A DNA stretch of 64,000 nucleotides from the NCBI GenBank assembly GCA_943350175.1, contig CALQZX010000003.1, positions 12,409 to 76,408 on the forward strand, written 5' to 3'. The notes beneath the pieces were generated by a model. That model made no database searches, was not told where the DNA came from, and saw only the letters and a list, made by a program, of their open reading frames with translations. Shown piece by piece: positions 17,838-27,131 of the stretch. Source of the stretch: Parcubacteria group bacterium (GTDB lineage Bacteria; Patescibacteriota; Microgenomatia; UBA1400; PJMF01). Each line of letters opens with the position of its first letter. The first letter of the stretch is position 1. Position numbers and translations under genes: made by a program.

Positions 17838-18533
17838 ATGATCGTAGAACATACAGCAACCCAAGCAAAGGAAGTTGGTCAAAAAACTGAGCTGGAGTTA
17901 ATAGTCGAAGAAATCCTCATCAGCCCCAAAAACAGATTAATTCAAACTTCCAGAGAAAACATTGAGAAAATTATTGAGCAAACCATGGCTAGAATTAGCT
18001 CACAAAAAGAAAAGATACCTTCTTATCAAAAAACTTTAAATTATCTAAGAAAAATCACCTCGCACCTACTCGGCTTGAAAGTTAAAGAGCCACAAAAAAT
18101 CCCAACTGCCGTGACCATTGATTGCGCCTACCTTGCATCAGATAAAGAGGATCCAAACAATATAAGAATTAGAGTTCTCATTGAAATTTTTACAAAATTC
18201 TCTGAATATCAAAACGTCCTAAAGGAAATTGTCCCAAATGAAGTTGATAGCGCTCTTGAATTGGTAGTAAAAAAATCTTTAGAAAATTTAAAGTTAAAAA
18301 ATGGAACGTCATCACAAATACTATTTGTTAAAAATTTAGATTTGCTTCATAAAAATAGCCAAGCACTAATAGTTGAGCTACTTTTCAAAGATTTGTCCTA
18401 CCAATCCTCTGCTCTTACAATTAACATTCTTCATACAGAACCCATTGCAACTTATGTTTATGATATGAGAAATCTAAAGAAAATTGGCTTTGGAGAAGAA
18501 GAAATAGAAACTTTTGAAAGAAAAACCGTTTAA
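17838..18533 (+). CDS. hypothetical protein
   Basis: 231-aa AT-rich ORF with TATAAT upstream; no motif recognised. Confidence 0.6.
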   Translation: MIVEHTATQAKEVGQKTELELIVEEILISPKNRLIQTSRENIEKIIEQTMARISSQKEKIPSYQKTLNYLRKITSHLLGLKVKEPQKIPTAVTIDCAYLASDKEDPNNIRIRVLIEIFTKFSEYQNVLKEIVPNEVDSALELVVKKSLENLKLKNGTSSQILFVKNLDLLHKNSQALIVELLFKDLSYQSSALTINILHTEPIATYVYDMRNLKKIGFGEEEIETFERKTV

Positions 18534-18547
18534 ATTGTTAGATAAAT

Positions 18548-18576
18548 TTGACCAAAAAGCCTTCATACCCTATAAT
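18548..18576 (+). promoter_or_regulatory. hisS promoter
   Basis: TTGACC-17-TATAAT. Confidence 0.8.
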
Positions 18577-18584
18577 AAACAGCA

Positions 18585-18638
18585 ATGCAAAAAGAAAGTG
18601 CAAAAGTTTCAGCTTTTCATCACAACACCTCTGTCTAA
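18585..18638 (+). CDS. His leader peptide MQKESAKVSAFHHNTSV
   Basis: ATG 8 nt after the -10; tandem CAT CAC codons; upstream of an attenuator terminator and hisS. Confidence 0.75.
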   Translation: MQKESAKVSAFHHNTSV

Positions 18639-18664
18639 GATTGGGGTGATTTTTGCATATTAAA

Positions 18665-18693
18665 AGAGATCCCCCACGAGGGGATTTTTTAAT
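18665..18693 (+). terminator. attenuator terminator upstream of hisS
   Basis: AGAGATCCCC-CACGA-GGGGATTTTTT. Confidence 0.8.
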
Positions 18694-18721
18694 TTAAAAT
18701 AGAAATAAACAGAAAGAAAAC

Positions 18722-19981
18722 ATGTCAAAACAAAACATACAAACACTCAAAGGCTTCCGCGATTTTCTGCCAGATGAGGCTCGCAGCAGACAATACGTGA
18801 GCGATAAAATCAGAGAAACTTTTGAAATCTATGGATTCGAGCCTATCCAAACTCCTACTCTGGAGTATGCCAGTCTACTTCTTGGTAAATATGGTGACGA
18901 AGCAGATAAATTGGTCTATACCTTTGAAGATCGTGGTGGCCGTCAAGTCGGCCTCCGCTACGATCAAACTGTGCCAACGGCTCGTATTTTGAGTCAATAT
19001 CAGAACGAATTGCCAAAATATTTCCGCCGTTACCAGGTTCAAAACGTCTTTCGCGCTGACAAACCTCAAAAAGGTCGTTACCGTGAATTTACTCAGTGTG
19101 ATTGCGATATCTTTGGCAGCGACAGTATTTTGGCTGATGCTGAATTACTCGCCACCGTTGATAGCGTTTTTAAGAACCTAGGCTTTAAATCCATCGTCAT
19201 TGAATTTAACGATCGCAGTCTGCTCATTGAAAGCATCAGTCCTTTCACCAATGAGAAAGTGGATGTTTTTTCGATCATTCAAAGTATCGATAAATTGGAC
19301 AAACAAAGTCCCGAAATGGTAATTGAAGAATTAGTCGATAAAGGCCTCTCTAGAAAAGATGCTGAAGCAGTTATAAGCAAGATTAATAAGATTGAATTAT
19401 CAAGAGATTTGTCAAAGATTGTACAAAAATCTTTGGAACTAGGAGTGAGCAAAGAGAACTTGGTCTTTAACCCAAAACTAGCTCGTGGTTTAGACTATTA
19501 CACTGGCCTAATTTTTGAAATCAAAATCCCTGAATTTAGCAACTCTTCAGTTGGCGGTGGTGGTCGTTATGACAATTTAATCGAAGACCTTTCTGGCTAC
19601 AAAATGCCAGCCACGGGCTTCGCCCTTGGCTTTGACCGTGTAGTGGAAATCTGCACCGAAATGAACTTAATCAGTGGCAGCGAGACTGGAACTGCAGTGA
19701 TGGTTGGCTTTTTTGAAGAAGAAGCTTGCCAGAATAAAGCCATGGAAATCGCCAAAGAACTCCGTGCCGCCAAGATCAAAACCGAGCTCTTCCCTGCCTT
19801 CGATAAATTGGCCAAACAATTCAAGGCCGCAGAACAAAAAAAGATTCCTTTTGTGATCGTCGTCGGCGAAAACGAAATCAAAGAAAATAAATTTACTATT
19901 AAAGATATGAAAACTGGCGAGCAAAGCTTACTCAGTCTAGAAGAGATTAAGGAAAGGCTCAGCTCCTTGAAGTCAATGTAA
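18722..19981 (+). CDS. hisS: histidine--tRNA ligase
   Basis: [44 protein letters not shown]. Confidence 0.98.
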   Translation: MSKQNIQTLKGFRDFLPDEARSRQYVSDKIRETFEIYGFEPIQTPTLEYASLLLGKYGDEADKLVYTFEDRGGRQVGLRYDQTVPTARILSQYQNELPKYFRRYQVQNVFRADKPQKGRYREFTQCDCDIFGSDSILADAELLATVDSVFKNLGFKSIVIEFNDRSLLIESISPFTNEKVDVFSIIQSIDKLDKQSPEMVIEELVDKGLSRKDAEAVISKINKIELSRDLSKIVQKSLELGVSKENLVFNPKLARGLDYYTGLIFEIKIPEFSNSSVGGGGRYDNLIEDLSGYKMPATGFALGFDRVVEICTEMNLISGSETGTAVMVGFFEEEACQNKAMEIAKELRAAKIKTELFPAFDKLAKQFKAAEQKKIPFVIVVGENEIKENKFTIKDMKTGEQSLLSLEEIKERLSSLKSM

Positions 19982-20002
19982 GCATTGCAAAAAGACAGGG
20001 TC

Positions 20003-20066
20003 TGCATCTTTTGTACCATCTGCTTTTTTGCAATGTGAGCCTTGCAAAAAAGCAGGGTTCAAAATA
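20003..20066. repeat. dispersed imperfect palindrome, copy 2 (preceded by a partial right arm at 19985-20000)
   Basis: TGCATCTTTTGTACCATCTGCTTTTTTGC...TGCAAAAAAGCAGGGTTCAAAATA; right arm overlaps TTGCAA-17-TATAAT (20042-20070). Confidence 0.75.
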
Positions 20067-20082
20067 TAATAACCGTTCTTAT

Positions 20083-20433
20083 ATGAAACAAGGTATACAT
20101 CCTAGCAATTGGCAACATGACTGCGTCGTCACCTGCAGCTGTGGTCACACATTTGTCACCGGCGGCGTTAAGAAGGCTATGCAAGTCGATATTTGCAGTG
20201 CTTGTCATCCTTTTTTCACTGGTGAAATGAGATTCGTCGATCGTCAAGGTCGCGTAGATAAATTCCAAAAGAAAATGCAATTAGCCGCAGCAGCCGCTGC
20301 AGCAGCCGCTAGCAAAACCAAAAAGGCCGCTAAAGAAAAGGTTGACGCTAAATCCTACAAACAAATCTTAGTCGATCAGCAAAGTGAGCTTAAAGCCAAA
20401 AAAGAAGCTGACGTTACCGTAGCCGAAAACTAG
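20083..20433 (+). CDS. rpmE: 50S ribosomal protein L31 (Zn-binding type) with C-terminal extension
   Basis: [29 protein letters not shown]; start corrected to ATG 20083. Confidence 0.96.
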   Translation: MKQGIHPSNWQHDCVVTCSCGHTFVTGGVKKAMQVDICSACHPFFTGEMRFVDRQGRVDKFQKKMQLAAAAAAAAASKTKKAAKEKVDAKSYKQILVDQQSELKAKKEADVTVAEN

Positions 20434-20505
20434 TTCCTCCTTTTGTTATATAATTATTACAGCCACAGGCTGTATCTTTCTGTAATATTCAGGAAATTAG
20501 GAAAT

Positions 20506-21525
20506 ATGGATCAAATTTTTAACCCTTATCAAATACAAATCGACAATTTAGACAAAGCTCTTGCTGATAATCAAGCATTACTACAAGACGAAGAAATGAA
20601 AGATTTGGCGACTGAAGAAATCGCCCATCTTCTGGAAGAAAAAAAAGCTCTCGAGCTAGCGGCTGCTGATTTTATGAGCAGTCAAAACAAAAGCGAAGAT
20701 AACAGCGATGAAGTCGCTAAAACTGCCAACGCTATTATTGAAATTCGTGGTGGTGCCGGTGGCGATGAAGCCAAAATTTGGGGCAATGACCTACTTCGCA
20801 TGTACACTCGCTATGCAGATAACAAAGGCTTGAAAGTCGAAATGATTGATGATCTAGTCATCAAAGTCAAAGGTCGCGTGGAACTCCCTATCGTCAAAAT
20901 TGATGAAGAAGGTAAGGTTAATAAAACCGGTGAAACCGAGATCGTTTCTGCCTATAAACTTTTCCGTTATGATTCTGGCGTGCACCGCGTCCAACGCGTT
21001 CCAGTCACAGAATCGGCTGGTCGTATTCACACTTCTACTGCCTCAGTAGCGGTTTTGCCAGAAGTTACTGCCGCTGTGGTTGAAATTAAAGAAGAAGACC
21101 TAGAATGGTCTTTTATGCGCGCTGGTGGCGCTGGTGGTCAATCAGTTAATAAAACTAGTTCGGCTGTCCGTTTAGTTCACAAGCCAAGTGGCTTAGTCGT
21201 CAATGCTCGTACAGAGAGAAAACAGGCCCAAAATCGCCAAATCGCTCTGGAGCTTTTACGTGGCCAACTTTGGCAAATTGAAGAAGATAAAAAACAAGCT
21301 GCTATCGGTGATGCCCGCAGCAACATCGGTCGCAACATGCGCGCTGAAAAAATTAAAACCTACAACTATCCACAAAGTCGTGTTACTGACCATCGTATTC
21401 ACCAATCTTGGCACAATCTTGAGGGAATTCTTGAGGGCGATCTTGATGAATTGATTGCTTCAACTAAGTCTTTGATTGAAATTGAAGATCCAAAAATTGC
21501 TGAAGAAATCGAAGATCTAGATTAA
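20506..21525 (+). CDS. prfA: peptide chain release factor 1
   Basis: HRVQRVPVTE (PxT), GAGGQSVN, TYNYPQSRVTDHR; ATG 20506 with AGGA SD. Confidence 0.95.
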   Translation: MDQIFNPYQIQIDNLDKALADNQALLQDEEMKDLATEEIAHLLEEKKALELAAADFMSSQNKSEDNSDEVAKTANAIIEIRGGAGGDEAKIWGNDLLRMYTRYADNKGLKVEMIDDLVIKVKGRVELPIVKIDEEGKVNKTGETEIVSAYKLFRYDSGVHRVQRVPVTESAGRIHTSTASVAVLPEVTAAVVEIKEEDLEWSFMRAGGAGGQSVNKTSSAVRLVHKPSGLVVNARTERKQAQNRQIALELLRGQLWQIEEDKKQAAIGDARSNIGRNMRAEKIKTYNYPQSRVTDHRIHQSWHNLEGILEGDLDELIASTKSLIEIEDPKIAEEIEDLD

Positions 21526-21542
21526 ATTTCAGGCTTCTGTTT

Positions 21543-22814
21543 TTAGAACTGCTCGACTGCTTTTTCCAGCACCTCATCTTCAGTAGTATCGTAGTTTTGG
21601 GCAATCTCCACATCAACTGGAATGCCTTCCTTGTGAATCCAGCTGCCATCTGGTGTTAACCAGCGACCGACAGTGATATGAAGACCACCACCATTACTTA
21701 ATTCACGACGATCCTGAACAGTGCCTTTGCCAAAGGTTTTTTCACCAATTAATTTGATTTTCAAATCATCTTTGAGAGCTCCGGCCACAATTTCTGAGGC
21801 TGAAGCACTGCCTTTGTTGACTAAGACCACAGTCTTGATGCCTGCCAGACGAGCTTTGCCGGTACTATTGTAATTCTTGGTGCTGTACTTAGATTTTTGG
21901 CTAACCACTACCCCACTTTTGACAAAATCACTGGCCACATCGATAGACACATCAAAGAAACCTCCTGGATTATTACGCAGATCTAAAACTAATCCGGAAA
22001 TTTGATCTTTTTTGCTGAGAATTTCAGTGACGGCTTTATTCCATTCGTCCATAGTTCTCTCTCCAAACTTAGAAAGTTTGAGGTGAGCAACTTTTTTACC
22101 TTTAACTTCTGTAAATTCTAAAGTAACGCTTTTGACAATAATCTCGTCGCGCATGACAGTAATATCTTTACTGCTGTTATCACTCTTTCGGTAGATAGTT
22201 AGAACAACTGGACTATTCTTTGGACCACGAATGTTTTTGACAGCATCATCCAAAGTCCAACCCGTAGTATCTTGGTCTAATTTTTTGCTTTCATCTTTGA
22301 CGTGAATAATGATATCGCCAGCGAGGAGGCCGGCTTTGTCACCTGGACTATCGGCAAGAGGAGCTAAAACACCAACAGCTCCATCAATGTAGGCCAGTTC
22401 TATGCCAACACCATAGAAACTACCAGCCAAATCTTCTTCTGCCTTAGCGTTATCTTCTGGTGGCAAGTACATGGTGTATGGGTCGCCTATACCAGCAACC
22501 ATTCCAGAAACGGCACCGTTCATCATTTTGGTTTCGTCTATTTCACTGGTTTCAAGATAATCTTTTTCTACTAGCTGCCAGACCTCCCAAAAAGTATCCA
22601 TCGAAACTGGAACTTTACTTGAATCATCCATCAATTTGGAGAGATTACTTGATTGAGTTTTTTGGGCTAAATTTTCAAAAAGGGCAATTTTTTTACCAAA
22701 AAGAGCGCCTTCGCTAGCATAACGAAAGCCCATCACTAAACCAAGGGTTAAGAGTAAAACAACAAAAAGAGTTGTGCGAATAAAAGCGAAGATGAAGCTT
22801 GGTTTTTTTCTCAT
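21543..22814 (-). CDS. ctpA: S41 carboxyl-terminal processing protease with PDZ domain
   Basis: GVGIEL, LDLRNNPGG, SASASEIVAGAL, TFGKGTVQ. Confidence 0.93.
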   Translation of the reverse strand: MRKKPSFIFAFIRTTLFVVLLLTLGLVMGFRYASEGALFGKKIALFENLAQKTQSSNLSKLMDDSSKVPVSMDTFWEVWQLVEKDYLETSEIDETKMMNGAVSGMVAGIGDPYTMYLPPEDNAKAEEDLAGSFYGVGIELAYIDGAVGVLAPLADSPGDKAGLLAGDIIIHVKDESKKLDQDTTGWTLDDAVKNIRGPKNSPVVLTIYRKSDNSSKDITVMRDEIIVKSVTLEFTEVKGKKVAHLKLSKFGERTMDEWNKAVTEILSKKDQISGLVLDLRNNPGGFFDVSIDVASDFVKSGVVVSQKSKYSTKNYNSTGKARLAGIKTVVLVNKGSASASEIVAGALKDDLKIKLIGEKTFGKGTVQDRRELSNGGGLHITVGRWLTPDGSWIHKEGIPVDVEIAQNYDTTEDEVLEKAVEQF

Positions 22815-22861
22815 AAAAAAGTCTGTTCGTTTCGTAACAGACTGATTGTAGGGCAGCTTGC

Positions 22862-22906
22862 AAAAAAAATCACAAGCAAAATCTAGTTAAAACTAAAGAT
22901 TGTGAT
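22862..22906 (-). terminator. terminator after rpsF-ssb-rpsR
   Basis: Minus strand ATCACAA...TTGTGAT followed by a U run. Confidence 0.6.
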
Positions 22907-22910
22907 GAAA

Positions 22911-23090
22911 TTAAACAGTTTGGGTAAATGGCAAAAGGGCTAAGTGTCTAGCTCTCTTGACTTCACGAGCCAATTTTTTCTGCAATTTAGCGGTCAGACC
23001 AGTTTTTGCTCTTGGCAAAATAGCACCCTGAGCGGTGACAAATCTTCTGAGGTCTTCGGCTTTTTTGTAGCTAAAGTTGTGAGTCTTCAT
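22911..23090 (-). CDS. rpsR: 30S ribosomal protein S18 (59 aa, no Zn ligands)
   Basis: Manual translation MKTHNFSYKKAEDLRRFVTAQGAILPRAKTGLTAKLQKKLAREVKRARHLALLPF; below the track length cutoff. Confidence 0.95.
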   Translation of the reverse strand: MKTHNFSYKKAEDLRRFVTAQGAILPRAKTGLTAKLQKKLAREVKRARHLALLPFTQTV

Positions 23091-23136
23091 TATTCTTCCT
23101 TAATTATTAATATTTTCTAATTTGGTTTGTATTAAA

Positions 23137-23613
23137 CTAAAATGGGATGTCATCTGAGACATCTTCTACTTCACCAGCTTCTGCTGGAACAGCTTTTTTA
23201 GGAGCTGATTTGGCTGGAGCACTTGGCATTTCTTCTTCTGATTCGCCCTCGGCACCACCTTCAAATTTTCCACCTCTATTACTAAGTAACATCATGTTAT
23301 CAATGACGATTTCAGTAACTTTTCTCTCTTCACCAGCTTCAGTTTTCCAATCTCTGGTCTGAATACGACCTTCGACGTAAACCTTGTCACCTTTGTGAAG
23401 TAATTGTCCACAAATTTCTGCTAACTTGGACCAAGCAACAACATTGTGAAAGTCTACTCTTTCTTGTTTATCACCGCCATCAGCTGGAGTCCAGGAACGA
23501 TTAGTTGCTATACCAAAAGAAGCCACAGCAGTGCTGTTTGGGGTATAACGTAAATTTGGATCTCTGGTCAAGTTACCAATTAACATGACTTTATTTAAAG
23601 AACGTACTGACAT
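23137..23613 (-). CDS. ssb: single-stranded DNA-binding protein
   Basis: LNKVMLIGNLTRDP; C-terminal DDIPF. Confidence 0.98.
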   Translation of the reverse strand: MSVRSLNKVMLIGNLTRDPNLRYTPNSTAVASFGIATNRSWTPADGGDKQERVDFHNVVAWSKLAEICGQLLHKGDKVYVEGRIQTRDWKTEAGEERKVTEIVIDNMMLLSNRGGKFEGGAEGESEEEMPSAPAKSAPKKAVPAEAGEVEDVSDDIPF

Positions 23614-23739
23614 TTCGGCCTTTCTCTCAATAGAGTTGATTTGTATTGATCTTTATTCATTATGCAGCAGCAAAGTTACAAGAAGTGTAACTAATCATTT
23701 TTTGGTTTAGTAAAGAAAAGAAACAACAAACAACATAAA

Positions 23740-24084
23740 TTAATCTTTAATAGATTCTGCAACATCATCAGCAATCACCAATAAATGGCGAATGATTTCA
23801 CGATGTAGGGTCAAATTCTGGTCAAATTTTTGAACATTCAAAACTGGGAAGTTTAAAATCATGTGCACGTAAACAGCTTCCTCATAGGTCTTGCCTGCTT
23901 GAGAAATACCGTAAGCCATATGCTTGCGACCCCATTCGTCTTCTTTGACGACGGTGCCTTGATTTTTGGCTACTAAGTCAATGATTTCTTTTTTTAGTCT
24001 GGAAACGTCGGCGTCTAAAAGATCGCCAGGAATCAAATAAGTTAATTCGTAATCTTTGGAAATGATTTCTTTAGCTAATTTCAT
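23740..24084 (-). CDS. rpsF: 30S ribosomal protein S6
   Basis: YELTYL, WGRKHMAYGI, IIRHLLV; first gene of rpsF-ssb-rpsR. Confidence 0.92.
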   Translation of the reverse strand: MKLAKEIISKDYELTYLIPGDLLDADVSRLKKEIIDLVAKNQGTVVKEDEWGRKHMAYGISQAGKTYEEAVYVHMILNFPVLNVQKFDQNLTLHREIIRHLLVIADDVAESIKD

Positions 24085-24092
24085 ATTTTTCT

Positions 24093-24150
24093 AAGATTCG
24101 CTAGCACCTGACCCCGTCTGGTACTTTGGATAATTTATAAAGCGAATTTT
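24093..24150 (-). promoter_or_regulatory. candidate S6:S18-binding rpsF leader structure
   Basis: ATTCGCT/AGCGAAT stem, internal loop with CCA, AGTACC/GGTGCT hairpin; TATAAT at 24165-24170. Confidence 0.4.
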
Positions 24151-24201
24151 AATTTCTGGAGTGGATTATATCAATAAAAAAGCAGAAAGTCTAGGTTTCT
24201 T

Positions 24202-25299
24202 CTACTTGCCGATCATGAACTCCACCACGTCACCGTCTTGCATCAAATAATCGCGACCTTCTTGTCTGACTTTGCCAACTTCTTTGCAAGCTGACCAACC
24301 GCCCAAGCTCATAAAATCAGCAAAACTGACAATGCGAGCACTAATAAATTTCTTGCTAAAATCAGTGTGAATGACACCGGCTGCTTCTTGAGCAGTAGCG
24401 CCACGATTAATGGTCCAGGCTTTAACTTCAATCTCACCAGCAGTTAGGAAACTTTGCAGACCTAGAGTCTCATAAGCTACGCCAGCCAGACGAGAAAGGC
24501 CACTTTGCGTAAGACCTAGTTCCTCCATGTACATTGTTTGATCTTCCTCTGCTAAAGTTGCCAATTCGCTTTCGATTTTGGCAGAAATAGCGACGATCTG
24601 TGCTTTTCGCACCTGCAATTTTTTGGCAAAAAACTCGGCGATTTCATCGGCTTTGGCCAAATCTTTTTCATCAACGTTAATGGCAAAAATTTCTTTTTTG
24701 GCAGTTAATAAACACAATTCCTTGGCCACTAGCTTTTCAGTTTCACTCTGACAATCTAAGCTTTGGCCTTTTTCAATTTTGGCCAAAAATTCTTGGATAG
24801 TGTCCCACTTAGCTTTATCATCTTTGCTGACCGCACCTTTTGGTTGGTGCTGTTTTTGCAAAGTTTCCAGATCAGCTAATTGAAGTTCCGTGCGAATCAC
24901 AGCCAAATCTTGCTCTGGATCAACTGAGCCTTCACGAAGCACATTGGCGTCACTGAAATTGCGCAAAACATGACAGATGGCGTCTGTCTGACGAATATTG
25001 GCCAAAAATTTATTGCCCAAACCCTCACCTTTGCTTGCACCAGCGACCAAGCCAGCAATATCCACGAATTCAACGAGAGCGTATTTGATCGGAGGCAAAG
25101 TTTTGAGTTTATCAGTTTTTTGGGTAAGCTCAGCCAAAGCTGGCAAACGCAGATCAGGCACTTCCACCACGCCAACATTTGGCTCAATCGTGGCAAAAGG
25201 ATAATTAGCTGCTAGAGCAACTTGTTTTTTAAGTAAGGCATTGAAGAGTGTGGATTTACCAACGTTAGGCAAACCTACGATTCCGATTTGAAGAGACAT
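24202..25299 (-). CDS. ychF: redox-regulated ATPase YchF
   Basis: GIVGLPNVGKSTLFNAL, ANYPFATIEPN, DIAGLV, GVIHTDF. Confidence 0.97.
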   Translation of the reverse strand: MSLQIGIVGLPNVGKSTLFNALLKKQVALAANYPFATIEPNVGVVEVPDLRLPALAELTQKTDKLKTLPPIKYALVEFVDIAGLVAGASKGEGLGNKFLANIRQTDAICHVLRNFSDANVLREGSVDPEQDLAVIRTELQLADLETLQKQHQPKGAVSKDDKAKWDTIQEFLAKIEKGQSLDCQSETEKLVAKELCLLTAKKEIFAINVDEKDLAKADEIAEFFAKKLQVRKAQIVAISAKIESELATLAEEDQTMYMEELGLTQSGLSRLAGVAYETLGLQSFLTAGEIEVKAWTINRGATAQEAAGVIHTDFSKKFISARIVSFADFMSLGGWSACKEVGKVRQEGRDYLMQDGDVVEFMIGK

Positions 25300-25328
25300 A
25301 ACTGAATTTTAACACAAGATTGGTTTTT

Positions 25329-26261
25329 TTAGAGAAAATTCTTGATCAATTGACAAGAATTCGCAAAAAGCTCTTGTTCTGCTTGTGAAAGTTGCACTTC
25401 CAAAATTTGCTCAACGCCATTTTTTCCAACGATACAAGGCACACTGACTGCCAAATCTGATTGACCATAATAATTTTCAATTGGAATAGAAACTGGCAAG
25501 ACAGAGCGCTGGTCTTGCAAGATTGCTCTGGTTAATTGAGCAATAACTACTCCAATGGCGTAATAAGTGGCACCTTTGGCTTGAATAATTTTCTTGGCGG
25601 CTTCACGAGTTTGAATAAATGCTCCATGAGCTCTCTCTGGTGAATAATTTGGGAAATGATCTAAAGGTTGGCCACCAACAGTTGAGCCGTCCAAGGTTGG
25701 AAAAGAACTATCTCCATGTTCTCCAAGCACATAAGTGTGAATACTTCTTGGGTTAACATCAAGTAATTCACCCAGATGAAAACGGAAACGAGCGGTGTCG
25801 AGCATTGTGCCGGTGCCAAGTACACGACCCTTTGGTAAACCCAAGATTTTGGCTAAGTGATAAGTCAAAATATCGACTGGGTTGCTAACTACAACCACAA
25901 CACTATTTTGCACATAAGGCGCTATTTCATGTCCAATTTCAGTAATAATTTTCTTGTTTTCTTCAACCAAATCCAAACGAGATTGACCTGGTTCCTGAGC
26001 CGCTCCAGCAGTAATTACCACGATGTCAGAATCCTGCAACACAGCGTAGTCATCACTGACAGTAATCTTAGTTGGTTCCAAAAATGGCAGACCATGCTCA
26101 AGATCGAGCTTCTCGCCTTCTATTTTATCTATCGAACGTGAAACTAAAACAATTTCATCTGCCACATGACGAAGTAATAGCGCATAAGCAGCAGTGATAC
26201 CAACTTTTCCAAGGCCAACTATGGCAATTTTACGAGAATCATTTAGCATATATTCCTTCAA
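25329..26261 (-). CDS. ldh: L-lactate dehydrogenase
   Basis: GLGKVG, AGAAQEPGQSRLDL (Gln specificity), SNPVD, LDTARFR, GEHGDS. Confidence 0.93.
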   Translation of the reverse strand: MKEYMLNDSRKIAIVGLGKVGITAAYALLLRHVADEIVLVSRSIDKIEGEKLDLEHGLPFLEPTKITVSDDYAVLQDSDIVVITAGAAQEPGQSRLDLVEENKKIITEIGHEIAPYVQNSVVVVVSNPVDILTYHLAKILGLPKGRVLGTGTMLDTARFRFHLGELLDVNPRSIHTYVLGEHGDSSFPTLDGSTVGGQPLDHFPNYSPERAHGAFIQTREAAKKIIQAKGATYYAIGVVIAQLTRAILQDQRSVLPVSIPIENYYGQSDLAVSVPCIVGKNGVEQILEVQLSQAEQELFANSCQLIKNFL

Positions 26262-26285
26262 CTAACTTTTAGTTATTAGATGAAC

Positions 26286-27131
26286 TTATGCTACCAGCAT
26301 TACTCCAACCATGCAAATTAAAGCGGCAATCACTTTACGCCACAAATGATCGTTTTCTTTGATAAAAATAGCAGCCAAAATCACCGTCAAAATAATGTTT
26401 GTCTTGACCACTACTCCAACTTGCGAAAGCATCGCGCCTTTACCTAGAGCACCATAAAAAGTAATCACTCCCACAGAATAAAACATCGTGTAGATGATTA
26501 AATTTTTGTTAATGGTTTTGATTGCTTTTGGTAATTGAAGTATTTTCTTTGGATATAAAAATAAAAGCATTACTCCAGGAAAAAGCGACATCATCGCTGC
26601 AAAAGAAATAGCGTCATAAGATCTAATAATCAAAGTGTCACTGACTACGGCAAAAGAGAAAAAACTGGTAGCCAACAAAGCCAAAAGCGCACCTTTATTA
26701 AAAACAAATTTTTTCCCACGATGAGCAATAATCAAAATTGCAGCCAAAACAAAAGCTGCACCCAAATATTGCTGGGGCACCAAACGCTCACCAAGAAAAA
26801 TATAGGCACAGATCATGGTGACAATTGCCCCAGCTCCTGCCAAAACGGTCATTTCTGAGGCTTCAATAAGCTTAATAGACTTAAAAAACATCACTGATCC
26901 CAACGCGTATAAAACTGTGCTGAGTAAAAATAGTGGCCACATCGTCGCTAGTGGTGGAAAAGAAAAACCTTGACTAATGGCAAACGGCAAAACAATTAAA
27001 CCTAGAAGAAATTGAAAGATTATGGTCGATAAAACCGGGTCACTTTCCTCTTCTTTCATGGCCAATCTTTGAAATAAAGAAGCCACTGAAATTGCTACCA
27101 CATTAATGGATAAAAGAAGTAACCAAGACAT
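26286..27131 (-). CDS. EamA/DMT family transporter
   Basis: About 10 TM helices in two EamA repeats (FLGE, IFIKE). Confidence 0.85.
   Translation of the reverse strand: MSWLLLLSINVVAISVASLFQRLAMKEEESDPVLSTIIFQFLLGLIVLPFAISQGFSFPPLATMWPLFLLSTVLYALGSVMFFKSIKLIEASEMTVLAGAGAIVTMICAYIFLGERLVPQQYLGAAFVLAAILIIAHRGKKFVFNKGALLALLATSFFSFAVVSDTLIIRSYDAISFAAMMSLFPGVMLLFLYPKKILQLPKAIKTINKNLIIYTMFYSVGVITFYGALGKGAMLSQVGVVVKTNIILTVILAAIFIKENDHLWRKVIAALICMVGVMLVA

Noticed and set aside
18577-18721. T-box leader for hisS
   Set aside because: GGGGUGAU lacks the UGGNACC antiterminator bulge, the leader is too short for Stem I, and the uORF model fits better.
20283-20310. GCA/GCC repeat in rpmE as a phase-variable tract
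   Set aside because: In-frame mixed Ala codons; length change would not shift frame.
20506-21525. prfB with programmed frameshift
   Set aside because: The PVT specificity motif marks RF1; no CTT TGA slip site.
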